From positions 192,001 through 256,000 of the forward strand of contig JBGSMV010000047.1 in NCBI GenBank assembly GCA_041739995.1: a stretch of DNA of 64,000 nt. Direction: 5' to 3'. Source of the DNA: Bdellovibrionota bacterium (GTDB lineage Bacteria > Bdellovibrionota_C > UBA2361 > JBGSMV01). Each line of letters starts with the position of its first letter. Within the stretch, counting starts at the first letter, position 1. The translations under genes were made by a program, and so were the position numbers. The notes under the pieces were generated by a model. It did not search any database. It was not told the origin of the DNA and saw only the letters and a program-made list of their open reading frames with translations. Shown in pieces: positions 48,284 to 58,162 of the stretch.

Positions 48284-49660
48284 ATGGGTGTGAATCATCA
48301 AGGTAAGAATGGAAGTTTAACAACAGACCTTGTCGAGCCACTGCAGGTTCGCCCATTCGATCTTTCGCTGGAAGTGCTTACCCCTGGATTGACGGAGTTC
48401 ATCAACTCGCGCCCTGACGGACATCGCTTGGCGGCGAGCGCTATTGCAGATCAGGTAATGGCGCTTGCTGAGCGTCTTCGAACGGGGGAGGAGCGGCTTT
48501 CGGTTGCAAGCTGGCGCCGAGTTGTTTCCGGAGATGCGCCTTTGGTCGACTCCTTCGAATTTCAGCGCGAAAGCCTCGTTGCGGCTTTGGTTCAAGAGGA
48601 GGCGCGCGTAGCTTCCCAGCCCCCCGATCCGAAACTCAGTAACATGCTGGTACTGCCGGGACCGGGTGCAGCGATATTGGCAAGACAAGTGGCCACATGC
48701 CTCGGGGTTCCCCTGTCGGCCGCTGCCGTGCATGATTTTCCTGATGCGGAGTTCAAAGCAGAAGCATTTGAGAATGTTCGAAAGAAGGACGTCTATGTGG
48801 TTATGCCGACCTGTGCCCCTGGTGCCAGTAATGTTTTAGCGCTGTGCCAGCTTACGTCGTTGCTTCAACGTGCCAGTGCCGGTTCAATCACTGCGGTGGT
48901 TCCTTACTTCGGATTTGCGCGACAGGATCGCCGAGACAAGGGACGTCGAGAGCCGATTTCTGCGCGTATGGTCGCTGATTTCCTGGAGAAATCAGGGGTC
49001 AACAAGGTCATCACTATCGACATTCATGCCGCGCAGGAAGAAGGATTCTTCAATCGATTGGACGGCCTGTATGGTTCAGCAGTGCTGGTTCCTTGGGTGG
49101 CGCAGTACCTTGATCCAAAAAAATCGATTCTTCTTGCACCGGATGCAGGGAGTGTGAAAGGAGCCGAAATTTACTCTCAGATGCTTGGGATTGAACGCGA
49201 TCCTGTGTTGATCCATAAGCGCCGCAAGGGAGACAGTGAGATAAAGATGTCTCGACTGGGCGGGTCGGTCAAGGGGCTCACGGTGGTGATTCGAGATGAC
49301 ATGATCGCCACAGGGACTACGATTGCGGAAGCAGCGAAACTCGCAATGAAAGCGGGGGCAGCGGAAGTGTTAGTGGTAGCCACTCACGCGGTAATGGCAG
49401 GCAATGCGCTCGAGCGACTGCTTGACGCGCCAATCAAGAAGATCATCGTAACAGACTCGATACCATCCCCAGGTATTCCTTCCGGCGATCGCTTCGACAT
49501 CGTTCCAGTGGCACCACTGTTGGCTGAAGCAATTCGTCGCGATGAGTTAGGAGAATCGGTGAGCGGGCTTTTGAAGCACACATACCCACTAGAAGAACTT
49601 CAGGCGCCGCATCTGGCCTTTGATGTCATGCATGCGTTTACCTACCGCGGAGTGTCCTGA
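48284..49660 (+). CDS. prs: Ribose-phosphate pyrophosphokinase with long N-terminal extension
   Basis: FPDAE, VPYFGFARQDRR, IDIHAAQ, APDAGSV, RDDMIATGTT, ATHAV. Confidence 0.92.
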   Translation: MGVNHQGKNGSLTTDLVEPLQVRPFDLSLEVLTPGLTEFINSRPDGHRLAASAIADQVMALAERLRTGEERLSVASWRRVVSGDAPLVDSFEFQRESLVAALVQEEARVASQPPDPKLSNMLVLPGPGAAILARQVATCLGVPLSAAAVHDFPDAEFKAEAFENVRKKDVYVVMPTCAPGASNVLALCQLTSLLQRASAGSITAVVPYFGFARQDRRDKGRREPISARMVADFLEKSGVNKVITIDIHAAQEEGFFNRLDGLYGSAVLVPWVAQYLDPKKSILLAPDAGSVKGAEIYSQMLGIERDPVLIHKRRKGDSEIKMSRLGGSVKGLTVVIRDDMIATGTTIAEAAKLAMKAGAAEVLVVATHAVMAGNALERLLDAPIKKIIVTDSIPSPGIPSGDRFDIVPVAPLLAEAIRRDELGESVSGLLKHTYPLEELQAPHLAFDVMHAFTYRGVS

Positions 49661-49790
49661 GTCGGAAGTTCGTCTAAGGTTTGTCCTCACTGTTCTCGCG
49701 AACTCTTTGTGTAATTCATTAGACATATTCACAAAGAGAGCAGCGAGCGCGGCGAGAATTATTCATCGAACTCTTAACTCAGGACGCTAG
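49651..49790 (+). repeat. Repeat family 1, copy C (supplies prs stop codon)
   Basis: agtgtccTGAgtcggaagttc...ctctttgtg/cacaaagag...gaactcttaactcaggacgctag. Confidence 0.88.
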
Positions 49791-49887
49791 AGATCTCTGG
49801 TGAGATTAGCGTCGGACTGCTTTTTTCGGAGCACTGTGAGATGGAACTGCCGAGAAACAGTGCGGTGGAACGCAGCAATTGGCTGCC

Positions 49888-50406
49888 TTAGTATTGGCGC
49901 TCTAACAACTTAAAGTCGGTTTTGGCTGGCGGGATATCGAGCCAGTAGGTTTTCACATCTGCGCGATAGCTCATGTCCATCACGCGGATGCCGGCAATTT
50001 TTAGAATTATGCCAATGGGGATCATCATGCCGCCCCACATTAGCCCGAGAATGACGGTAGTAGAGACTCGCTCAAGTACCTTGGCAAATGCCATCCAACC
50101 GCGCCACACAGGCAACATGGCGCGAGGAGCAAATGAGCAAAGTGAGATAAGGAGCAGGCTGGTTACTGTTGCGGCTCCCGCATTGGCAATAGAACCTTTC
50201 TGGAAGGCCAGGTACAAACCAATTAAAAGCCCAATTAACCCAAGCAGGTGGCCGAACTCTCGAATATGTTGGCGAATGGGCTTACGCGCAAAGAGTTCTT
50301 CGAGCGGGTCGCTGCTTCCCGGGACGAGAGAAAGAGAGGGTTTTTGAATCACAGGTTCAACCACAGCTGATTCGATTTTATGAGCTAGATTACTTCCGCG
50401 CGACAC
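49888..50406 (-). CDS. SxtJ-family membrane protein
   Basis: IREFG, TM helices, PVWRGWMAFAKVLERVSTTVILG, IPIG, TYW, ERQY. Confidence 0.75.
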   Translation of the reverse strand: MSRGSNLAHKIESAVVEPVIQKPSLSLVPGSSDPLEELFARKPIRQHIREFGHLLGLIGLLIGLYLAFQKGSIANAGAATVTSLLLISLCSFAPRAMLPVWRGWMAFAKVLERVSTTVILGLMWGGMMIPIGIILKIAGIRVMDMSYRADVKTYWLDIPPAKTDFKLLERQY

Positions 50407-50563
50407 AACAGTATCCTTAAATTTTCAAAAGGTTTGGGGAGTTTAAAGGCAAAGCGTGTCCTTGTACAACCCGGGAGCGTTAGTCAGCTTGGCCGGTCAT
50501 AAGGTCAAGATAGGACACGAAATTTCCTTGAACTTGGACTCTTCAGTTGACTGAAATTAACCT

Positions 50564-51604
50564 CTAAACTTGCGGCAGCTGGCCCGTTAAGGAGCGGAGG
50601 AAAGCTAGAATTAGCTCAACCTGCCGATCGGTGAGCTCTCTGCCGAGTTGGTGAGAGCCCATCAGCCGAATAGCCTGATCCAGGGTTTTGACCTTGCCGT
50701 CATGAAAGTAAGGGCCGGTTTTCTCAATGTTGCGCAGTGAGGGAACTTTAAAGAAGTACTTATCGGCTTCGTTTTTGGTCACCTCATGTCGGCCCAAGTC
50801 CTCCGTGGGATAAGGCTTTACGAGGCCAAGTTTTTGATACATCTGCCCACCGACCGTAACGCCGCTATGGCAAGCAACGCAGCCAACATCTCTGAAAGTT
50901 TTAAGACCCTCGAGTTCTTCCGCGTTCAACGCAGTAGCGTCCCCTTCGAGAAAACTGTCAAATCGCGATTTGGTTAAAAGAGTCCTCTCAAAGGCGCCGA
51001 TGGCCTTGCCCATATTCTGAAAAGTAAGAGCATCCTTTTCTCCTGGAAAGGCTTGGGCGAAAAGCTTCGGATACTCTGGGTCAGTACGGAGGCGCTCCAT
51101 TACTACGGCCTCAGACGGCATGGCCATCTCAACCGGATTCATGACTGGACCGAGTGCCTGTTCCTCGACATCCTTTGCGCGACCATCCCAGAATTGTGTG
51201 AAGTGCAACGCTGCATTGAATACTGTGGGAGAGTTTCGGCCACCGAGCTGCCCTTTATGCCCGGGAGAGGTCGGCTGGTTATCCACCCCAAGAGTTTGGA
51301 GGTTGTGGCAAGAATTGCATGAGATGTCTTCAGCAGTCGAAAGCTTCGTTTCAGAGTAAAGCTTCTTTCCAAGCGCGACTTTTGCCGGTGTTACTGGGTT
51401 GGATGCCGATTCGGCGACACTTGGAAGTGGTTGGAACAGCCCAGTCCATGTCGCGGGCAATAGGTCTGGATGTATCGCGGCGCTGTCCTTTGGTTCCGCA
51501 AAAGCGTTCGATGAGATTGTGGTACTGACCAGAAGGGCACCCAAAAAGAGGCTAGAAAATCGAGCGCGCTGCAGTGAACAGAGAGAGGAAAAAGATTGAG
51601 ACAT
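50564..51604 (-). CDS. Di-haem cytochrome c peroxidase (CcpA/MauG family)
   Basis: Signal peptide; CNSCH and CVACH; RNSPTVFN, QFWDGR, FKVPSLRN, PYFHDG; ATG at 51604 preferred. Confidence 0.94.
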   Translation of the reverse strand: MSQSFSSLCSLQRARFSSLFLGALLVSTTISSNAFAEPKDSAAIHPDLLPATWTGLFQPLPSVAESASNPVTPAKVALGKKLYSETKLSTAEDISCNSCHNLQTLGVDNQPTSPGHKGQLGGRNSPTVFNAALHFTQFWDGRAKDVEEQALGPVMNPVEMAMPSEAVVMERLRTDPEYPKLFAQAFPGEKDALTFQNMGKAIGAFERTLLTKSRFDSFLEGDATALNAEELEGLKTFRDVGCVACHSGVTVGGQMYQKLGLVKPYPTEDLGRHEVTKNEADKYFFKVPSLRNIEKTGPYFHDGKVKTLDQAIRLMGSHQLGRELTDRQVELILAFLRSLTGQLPQV

Positions 51605-51933
51605 AAAGGCAAAATCCTGTAAAAACTTCCTGTAAAAACTTAGAGAAAAGAACTTAGTGAAATGGGTAAACCCATAAAATCGTGCTCCGCGAGAGAGTGT
51701 GTCACGCCCTAGCTTGCGGTCGAGCGTAGCGCCTGCCGAAATACTTCGCAAAATGAGCGAAGCTTCACCACTGACCAGATAACTACGGAAAGTCCTCATT
51801 TCAAGTAGTTATATAGCGGGTTTGCGCATTGAGATGAAAGTTGGATGTCAGTCTTGGCGCGAGGCTTGTGGAACTATCCAAGGCAGCTTCGGTGCCCACA
51901 GGTGAAGGTTGGAAATAAAATTCGAGTTCAATT

Positions 51934-53514
51934 CTAGGAATCTGAAGAAGTCTCAAGAAGCGAATCGTTTTCAGAGTCAATGCTCTGAGCAGCAGACTCC
52001 TCTGCCTTTCGAACAATTACGATAGGTGAGTTGATGGGCCTTAGAGCGGAGAGTTGCCAGATTCTCCAAATGAGGTCTTGGTCAAGGGTGAGGTTCTCTT
52101 CGAGTAATTGACGTCCGTCAAATGCAAAGAGCGGTTGGGAGAGGCGCATTCCTGGAACAAGCTGATCGAGTGAAACCTTGGTCTCATGAATTGCTACAAT
52201 TTGGTCTTTGTTATGTTGCGCTCGGCTGAGAAGCTCAGCGTCATTGCGCATGCTTCGCGATATAAGGTGTGCTGGCGCAGTAGAGGAGAGCGCTTCCGAA
52301 ATAATTTTCGCTAAAGCGCACAGTGCGCCCGGATGCAGATCTCGGAACTTGCCGGTTGCGATTCGGCGTAAGAGCGCGTGAGCAGCTCGAGGGTTCCAAT
52401 GTCCGGACTGGAAACACGTTCGATCTAGAATTTCTGCGGCAAGTATCGCGGAGGCTGCAATGATGGTGGGATCGTCCCGAAGATGTTCTTCTCTGCCAAT
52501 CATTCTTGCTACCGTAGCGACCACTGCTGAGATTCCGGGCTGTCGGTGCAGGGTGGCTAATTGCAGCGCGCTGTCTTTTAACCAGCTACACAGCTCCTTT
52601 TTTACTAACAGAGAGCCACGGCCCACGAACTCCTTTCTGAGGTAATTCTGATTTCGTTCGACAACCGCAAGGTTGAGAAGGCGTGCGGCACTTCGTGCGT
52701 CATCTAATATGCTGGATGGGATTGAGAGGGCTTCGAGAATGTTGTCAGCGACAAATCCGACACGCAGCACGTGTCCCTTGCCCCACTTCCCACTTCGGGC
52801 AAGTAAATCGGAAATGAGACTTGCGATATCCTTATCTTCGCTGACCCACGGTTGAGCACTCTTCAGTCCAGTTACTCCCAGTTTGGCGTACTGACCTCCG
52901 CCAAGATTCATGCTCAGCAGCGCTGACTCTTTTGCTTGGTCGAAGTACAGAGTGGCGACTGAATCAAACTCCCCGTATGCGTCAAATGCTATAGATGGCT
53001 CATCGTCATCGGTTGAAGTAACGCGCCTGTGGGCGGTTTCTGGTGATTGCTTTTCTGCAGCCTTTGCGGATGGCGCACTAGGTGGAGCTACTGAGTCCCC
53101 CCCGGTATTTCTATAGCGCTCGGAAATATAGTTTATGCATTCTAGTAGATCGTTCGGTGAGCACGGGGTGCGAAGTGTCGAGATCAGAGGAAACTTGCCA
53201 TACAGTTCGTCTGCGAGGCCTTCCACCTCAGTTCCTAAAATGATGGCTGGAAATCTACAGAGATCTTGTTGCTCAAGAAAAAGGCTCAAATACTCGCGAG
53301 TACCAGAGCGCGAACCACAGTCAAACAAGAGTATGGGGCGAATCAGCTCCCCAGCGAGCGCGGTAGCGTCTTCAGGAGTGGCTGCAGATTTCATTACGAA
53401 TGATTTTCGCTGCAGGGCGTCACGCAGTTTCAATGCGAGGGACTCTGCTCGCTCAATCAGCAGCAGATCGTGGGAGGCGCTCGCGGGGCGCATGGTCATG
53501 TTGATTGTCGACAT
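51934..53514 (-). CDS. Degenerate receiver + degenerate HD-GYP-like signalling protein
   Basis: REC-like N-terminus; GHVLRVG..AARLLNL where AALLHDIG is expected; C-terminal LDQLVPGMRLSQPL..DGRQLL. Confidence 0.65.
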   Translation of the reverse strand: MSTINMTMRPASASHDLLLIERAESLALKLRDALQRKSFVMKSAATPEDATALAGELIRPILLFDCGSRSGTREYLSLFLEQQDLCRFPAIILGTEVEGLADELYGKFPLISTLRTPCSPNDLLECINYISERYRNTGGDSVAPPSAPSAKAAEKQSPETAHRRVTSTDDDEPSIAFDAYGEFDSVATLYFDQAKESALLSMNLGGGQYAKLGVTGLKSAQPWVSEDKDIASLISDLLARSGKWGKGHVLRVGFVADNILEALSIPSSILDDARSAARLLNLAVVERNQNYLRKEFVGRGSLLVKKELCSWLKDSALQLATLHRQPGISAVVATVARMIGREEHLRDDPTIIAASAILAAEILDRTCFQSGHWNPRAAHALLRRIATGKFRDLHPGALCALAKIISEALSSTAPAHLISRSMRNDAELLSRAQHNKDQIVAIHETKVSLDQLVPGMRLSQPLFAFDGRQLLEENLTLDQDLIWRIWQLSALRPINSPIVIVRKAEESAAQSIDSENDSLLETSSDS

Positions 53515-53590
53515 AGCCTCTTTCCAGTGATTCAGCGCTGTGCGGTGTATCGCTCGACTACCCGCGGGGCTCTTGCCCTCTACCTTTCGT

Positions 53591-53617
53591 TCATCGGATC
53601 TTTACGAAATTTTCTGA
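53591..53617 (-). promoter_or_regulatory. Possible sigma-28 (FliA)-like promoter
   Basis: Minus strand TCAG-N15-TCCGATGA versus consensus TAAA-N15-GCCGATAA. Confidence 0.35.
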
Positions 53618-53784
53618 AGTCTGGGCCTCTTATGAAAGTCCAGTTAAATTAAGTAGTTACTATTCGGATGGCCGGTTCAAGGGCCCGGGGACCTGCCGAG
53701 CGAGTGGGCGATGTCTCAGAGACCTTGGGGTTGGTTATTTCGAAGACCTTTTCCCAATTTTTTGAGCTGTTGCTCAAGACGGTT

Positions 53785-53822
53785 TAGCAGGCTGGTGAAA
53801 AACTCTTTTCACCAGCCTGCTA
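53785..53822. repeat. Perfect 17-bp inverted repeat with 4-bp spacer (collapsed IS-end pair or hairpin)
   Basis: TAGCAGGCTGGTGAAAA-ACTC-TTTTCACCAGCCTGCTA. Confidence 0.85.
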
Positions 53823-53983
53823 GAGCTGGCGCACGATTCCTGGTCCTCAGTAACCGACGTATAGGAGGGGAATCTGATTACGGGCGATTTGAGTGGTGCC
53901 ACAACTGGGCTGACCGGCTGCTCGTCGCCCACACTGTTTCGATCTGTCTGTTCTGTCGGCCTGGTTTCTATTACGTTGGTGCA

Positions 53984-55525
53984 ATGGATATAAAAATTGA
54001 GTCTCGACGAGCGCTGGCAAAACCCACTCAGTTACTTGCGGTGTTAATAGATTCTGAGCGGGCGAGACAGGAGCTCCGCTCATCACAATCGAAGCGTGGA
54101 TCATTTTGGGCTGGGTTGCTCGACGCCGCTGCGGTTCAACTGATTTTACGGACGGCAGCTAAGCGGAAATTTGAAGGCAAGAGCAAACAGACATTGCATG
54201 TCTCTGTGCTTCATCAGCGAAGCATTCTTGAAGTGCTCTTCGTTGGAGTCGGAAAAATTGAAAAGGACGAAGCTTCTAAGCTCAGTGTCTCCAGGCAAGC
54301 GGGGGCTGTGGTGTCTGAGCAGGCACACAGACTCGACGCTACTGATGTGGCTGTGGTGGTTTCTTCAGATCAGGTGAAAGTGACTACTGGAGACGATCGC
54401 TTTCTTCGAGGACTTAGCGACGGGTTGCGACTCGCTTCATATAGATTTGATAAGTTTAAATCCAAGGAAGAGGGCGATTCTTCAAAGCCTAAAAGCAAGA
54501 TGAAAGTACGCTTGCTCGTCGCCTCCTCCTATCGTGGCAAGTCTGCACGTTTAGACGAATCGGCTCGCTTTTGTGAGGGCACTTCACTGGCGCGCGACCT
54601 AGTAAACTTGCCCGCGAAAGACTGCACACCAAAGGTGTTAGTGAGCGCCGCAAGGCGGTTGGCAAAGCAATATAAGCTCTCGCTTGAAGTGTTCGATACC
54701 AAGAAGCTCGAACGTATGAACGCCCGAGCTCTGCTAGCCGTAGCTCAAGGCAGCGATGAGCCACCTTATTTAATTCGACTCGCTTACAAGCCGAGACGAA
54801 GCTCGAAGAAGTGTGTGAGCTTAGTTGGTAAGGGCGTCACGTTTGATAGTGGCGGATACTCGATTAAATCTGCTTCGGGCATGGAGAGCATGAAGATCGA
54901 TATGTCGGGAGCGGCGGCTGTGCTCGGTGCTATGTCTATCATTGCCTCTTTGGGCTGCCCTCACGAAGTCCGTGCTTACATACCCACTGTAGAGAACATG
55001 GTGAGCGGGGGAGCCATTCGACCAGGCGACATTGTCAAAGGAATTTCTGGTAAGAGCATAGAAATACTGAACACAGATGCTGAAGGCCGCTTAATTTTGA
55101 GTGACGCGCTCACTCTTGCAGAGCGAGAGGGGTGCTCTCAGATTATTGACGTGGCAACTTTAACTGGTGCTTGCATGGTGGCACTTGGTGCTGAGTATGG
55201 AGGACTTTTTAGCGATAACGATGCACTCGCCACTAAGCTTATGCATGCGGCTCGACTCGAAGGCGAACTGTTGTGGAGAATGCCGTTGGCGCCAGAGTAT
55301 CGCGATCTTATTAAGAGTCCGATTGCTGATATCAAAAATACTGGCGGACCCTATGGCGGCGCCATCACTGCGGCTTTGTTTCTCAAGGAATTTGTACACA
55401 AGACACCGTGGGCTCATCTTGACATTGCAGGGCCTGCATCTTCTGACAAAGACAGAGGTTTTATCCGACGAGGCGGGACGGGTTTTGCTACCAGAACTTT
55501 AGCGCGCTACGTGTTGGATCTTTGA
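53984..55525 (+). CDS. pepA: Leucyl aminopeptidase (M17)
   Basis: VGKGVTFDSGG, MKIDMSGAA, NTDAEGRL, ATLTGA, WAHLDIAG; ATG at 53984 preferred. Confidence 0.96.
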   Translation: MDIKIESRRALAKPTQLLAVLIDSERARQELRSSQSKRGSFWAGLLDAAAVQLILRTAAKRKFEGKSKQTLHVSVLHQRSILEVLFVGVGKIEKDEASKLSVSRQAGAVVSEQAHRLDATDVAVVVSSDQVKVTTGDDRFLRGLSDGLRLASYRFDKFKSKEEGDSSKPKSKMKVRLLVASSYRGKSARLDESARFCEGTSLARDLVNLPAKDCTPKVLVSAARRLAKQYKLSLEVFDTKKLERMNARALLAVAQGSDEPPYLIRLAYKPRRSSKKCVSLVGKGVTFDSGGYSIKSASGMESMKIDMSGAAAVLGAMSIIASLGCPHEVRAYIPTVENMVSGGAIRPGDIVKGISGKSIEILNTDAEGRLILSDALTLAEREGCSQIIDVATLTGACMVALGAEYGGLFSDNDALATKLMHAARLEGELLWRMPLAPEYRDLIKSPIADIKNTGGPYGGAITAALFLKEFVHKTPWAHLDIAGPASSDKDRGFIRRGGTGFATRTLARYVLDL

Positions 55526-55639
55526 GAGCTAAGGTGTGAGCGACCGCTTTCAACCTATTGAATTTGTTAGCAAAAGAGAGCGTTGATGAGTTTCCTTAAT
55601 CTTGTTTCATACACACTCACACGTTAGAGTGCAGCTCGT

Positions 55640-58159
55640 ATGACAACCGATGCAGTTCAACAAGTTACCCCAATAAATATCGAAGACGAGATGCGCCAGT
55701 CCTATATGGACTACGCCATGAGCGTCATCGTAGGCCGCGCGCTTCCTGACATTCGCGATGGATTGAAGCCCGTACAGCGACGAATTCTTTACGCCATGCA
55801 TGGCGAAGGACTTGTCTCTAACCGCAAGCACTCAAAGTGCGCAGGTGTGGTTGGCGAAGTTTTGAAAAAATTTCACCCGCATGGCGACTCGTCAGTGTAT
55901 GAGGCTCTCGTGCGTCTCGCGCAGCCTTGGAACATGCGCTACCAGTTGGTCGATGGCCAAGGAAATTTCGGCTCTGTAGATGGGGATCCAGCGGCCGCGT
56001 ATCGTTACACCGAATGTCGCATGACGTCCTTGTCGGAGCAGTTGCTCGAAGACATTGCGCGCGACACCGTGGATTTCACCCCGAATTTTGATGACTCAAC
56101 AGAAGAACCGCTCGTTCTCCCCGCGGCTATCCCGAATCTATTGGTGAATGGTGCTGACGGAATCGCTGTTGGAATGGCGACGCATATTCCTCCCCATAAT
56201 CTAGGGGAAGTAATCGATGCAGTAATTGCCGTCATCGAGAACCCGAAGGTCGCACTCTCGGATCTTATGAAGATTATTCCTGGCCCTGACTTTCCCACTG
56301 GAGGAACGATTCATGGGCGCCAAGCGATTTTAAGTGCGTATAGCACTGGCAAGGGCGTGCTGCGGGTCCGTGCGAAGACCAGCATGGAGACAATAAAGAC
56401 CGGAACGCGAGAGACAGAGGCTATCGTCGTTACCGAGATTCCCTTCCAAGTAAACAAAGCGCGACTGATCGAAAAGATCGCCGACTTAGTGAATAAGAAA
56501 GATATCGACGGAATTTCTCGATTGAGAGATGAGTCCGACCGATCGGGGATGCGCATTGTTATTGAAATTAAGCGCGACGCAACGCCGGAAGTGGTGCTCA
56601 ATCAGCTCTACAAGATGACTCCGATGCAGGAGAGTTTCGGCATAATAAATCTCGCCATCGTAGATGGTCAGCCGTTGGTGTGTACGTTGCACCAGATGCT
56701 GGGCTTCTTCATTAATCACCGTCGTGACGTGGTTACTCGCCGCACGCAGTTTGACCTTCGAAAAGCGCTCGAGCGCATGCATGTTTTGGAAGGTTTCCGA
56801 ATTGCGCTGTTGAACTTAGACGAAATTATCCAGCTGATTAAGTCGTCAGAGACAGTTGACCGAGCGCGAAGCGGGTTGATGCAGCGCTTTGAGCTGAGTG
56901 AGATCCAAGCCAATGCAATTCTTGATTTGCGCTTACAAAAACTCACCGGCATGGAGCGTCTTGCCATTGAGAAAGAGCACGAAGAGCTAGCCAAGGAAAT
57001 TGCGCGACTCAAAACGATTTTGGCTGACGCTCGACAAGTTGACCGCATTATCACCGAGGAGCTTAAGAGCATCCGCGAGAAATATGCTGATGAACGTCGC
57101 ACAGAGATCTTAGACGCAGTCGAAAGTCTGCAAGTCGAGGACCTGATTGAAGACGAAGAGATGGTGATCTCTGTCAGTCGCAAGGGCTATCTCAAGCGCA
57201 CGTCGCTTTCGAATTATCGCTCGCAGCGTCGAGGTGGTAAGGGCATCACGGGAGCCTCTTCCAAGGACGAGGATTTTGTTGAACATCTCTTTGTCGCATC
57301 GACTCTATCCGACGTGCTCGTCTTTACGAATCTGGGCCGGTTGTATTGGCTAAAGGTTTACGAAGTCCCCGAAGCTGGGCGTACCGCGCGCGGCAGGGCG
57401 TTAGTGAATCTCGTGCGACTCAAGCCCGACGAGGCACCGACTACTATCCTTCCAGTAAGGTCTTTTGATGATTCGCGCTTCGTGTTGATGGCAACCAAGC
57501 AGGGAGTCGTAAAGAAGGTCGACTTGATGGAGTTTTCAAGGTCACGGCCGAGCGGAATCATCGCCTGCAATCTTGACGAAGGCGACTCGCTTATCTCGGT
57601 AGGGGTTTGTTTCGCTGGTGACGAGATTATTCTTGCCACCAAGAGTGGCATGGCAATTCGCTTCGCCGAGGGCGATGTGCGCGCCATGGGGAGATCTGCG
57701 CGGGGCGTCCGAGGTATCTCAGTCGATGCCGACGATAGTGTGGTGGGCATGACGGTTGTTGGCGGAGATTCTGCAGCTACAGCTTCGAGCGCTGGCAAGC
57801 CTGAAGAGTCGCTACTTACCGAAGAGGCCCGTATTTCTCGCGACGGCATGCTGCTTTCTGTTTGCGAGAATGGCTATGGCAAGCGCAGCGCACTTGAGGA
57901 CTATCGTGTCCAAGGCCGAGGCGGAAAGGGAGTAATCGACATTAAGACAGACGCGCGCAACGGCTCTGTGGTCAGCGTGTGTGCGGTTACGTCGGACTCT
58001 GACCTGATGATCATCACGTCGTCTGGGAAGATAATCCGCATAAAAGCGGAGGGCGTTTCGGTTATTGGACGTAACACCAAAGGCGTGAAGCTCATTGATC
58101 TTGATGAGGAAGAGAAGGTGGTTGCGGTTACGCATTTGATGGAAAACGAATCGGAGTGA
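55640..58159 (+). CDS. gyrA: DNA gyrase subunit A
   Basis: [26 protein letters not shown], GyrA-box QRRGGKG. Confidence 0.98.
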   Translation: MTTDAVQQVTPINIEDEMRQSYMDYAMSVIVGRALPDIRDGLKPVQRRILYAMHGEGLVSNRKHSKCAGVVGEVLKKFHPHGDSSVYEALVRLAQPWNMRYQLVDGQGNFGSVDGDPAAAYRYTECRMTSLSEQLLEDIARDTVDFTPNFDDSTEEPLVLPAAIPNLLVNGADGIAVGMATHIPPHNLGEVIDAVIAVIENPKVALSDLMKIIPGPDFPTGGTIHGRQAILSAYSTGKGVLRVRAKTSMETIKTGTRETEAIVVTEIPFQVNKARLIEKIADLVNKKDIDGISRLRDESDRSGMRIVIEIKRDATPEVVLNQLYKMTPMQESFGIINLAIVDGQPLVCTLHQMLGFFINHRRDVVTRRTQFDLRKALERMHVLEGFRIALLNLDEIIQLIKSSETVDRARSGLMQRFELSEIQANAILDLRLQKLTGMERLAIEKEHEELAKEIARLKTILADARQVDRIITEELKSIREKYADERRTEILDAVESLQVEDLIEDEEMVISVSRKGYLKRTSLSNYRSQRRGGKGITGASSKDEDFVEHLFVASTLSDVLVFTNLGRLYWLKVYEVPEAGRTARGRALVNLVRLKPDEAPTTILPVRSFDDSRFVLMATKQGVVKKVDLMEFSRSRPSGIIACNLDEGDSLISVGVCFAGDEIILATKSGMAIRFAEGDVRAMGRSARGVRGISVDADDSVVGMTVVGGDSAATASSAGKPEESLLTEEARISRDGMLLSVCENGYGKRSALEDYRVQGRGGKGVIDIKTDARNGSVVSVCAVTSDSDLMIITSSGKIIRIKAEGVSVIGRNTKGVKLIDLDEEEKVVAVTHLMENESE

Positions 58160-58162
58160 CCT

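Noticed and set aside
51605..51799. N-terminal extension of cytochrome c peroxidase
   Set aside because: The signal peptide begins after ATG 51604; the upstream sequence is AT-rich and promoter-like
53711..53983. 91-aa N-terminal extension of PepA
   Set aside because: It crosses the 38-bp palindrome and is not protein-like; ATG 53984 gives a typical length
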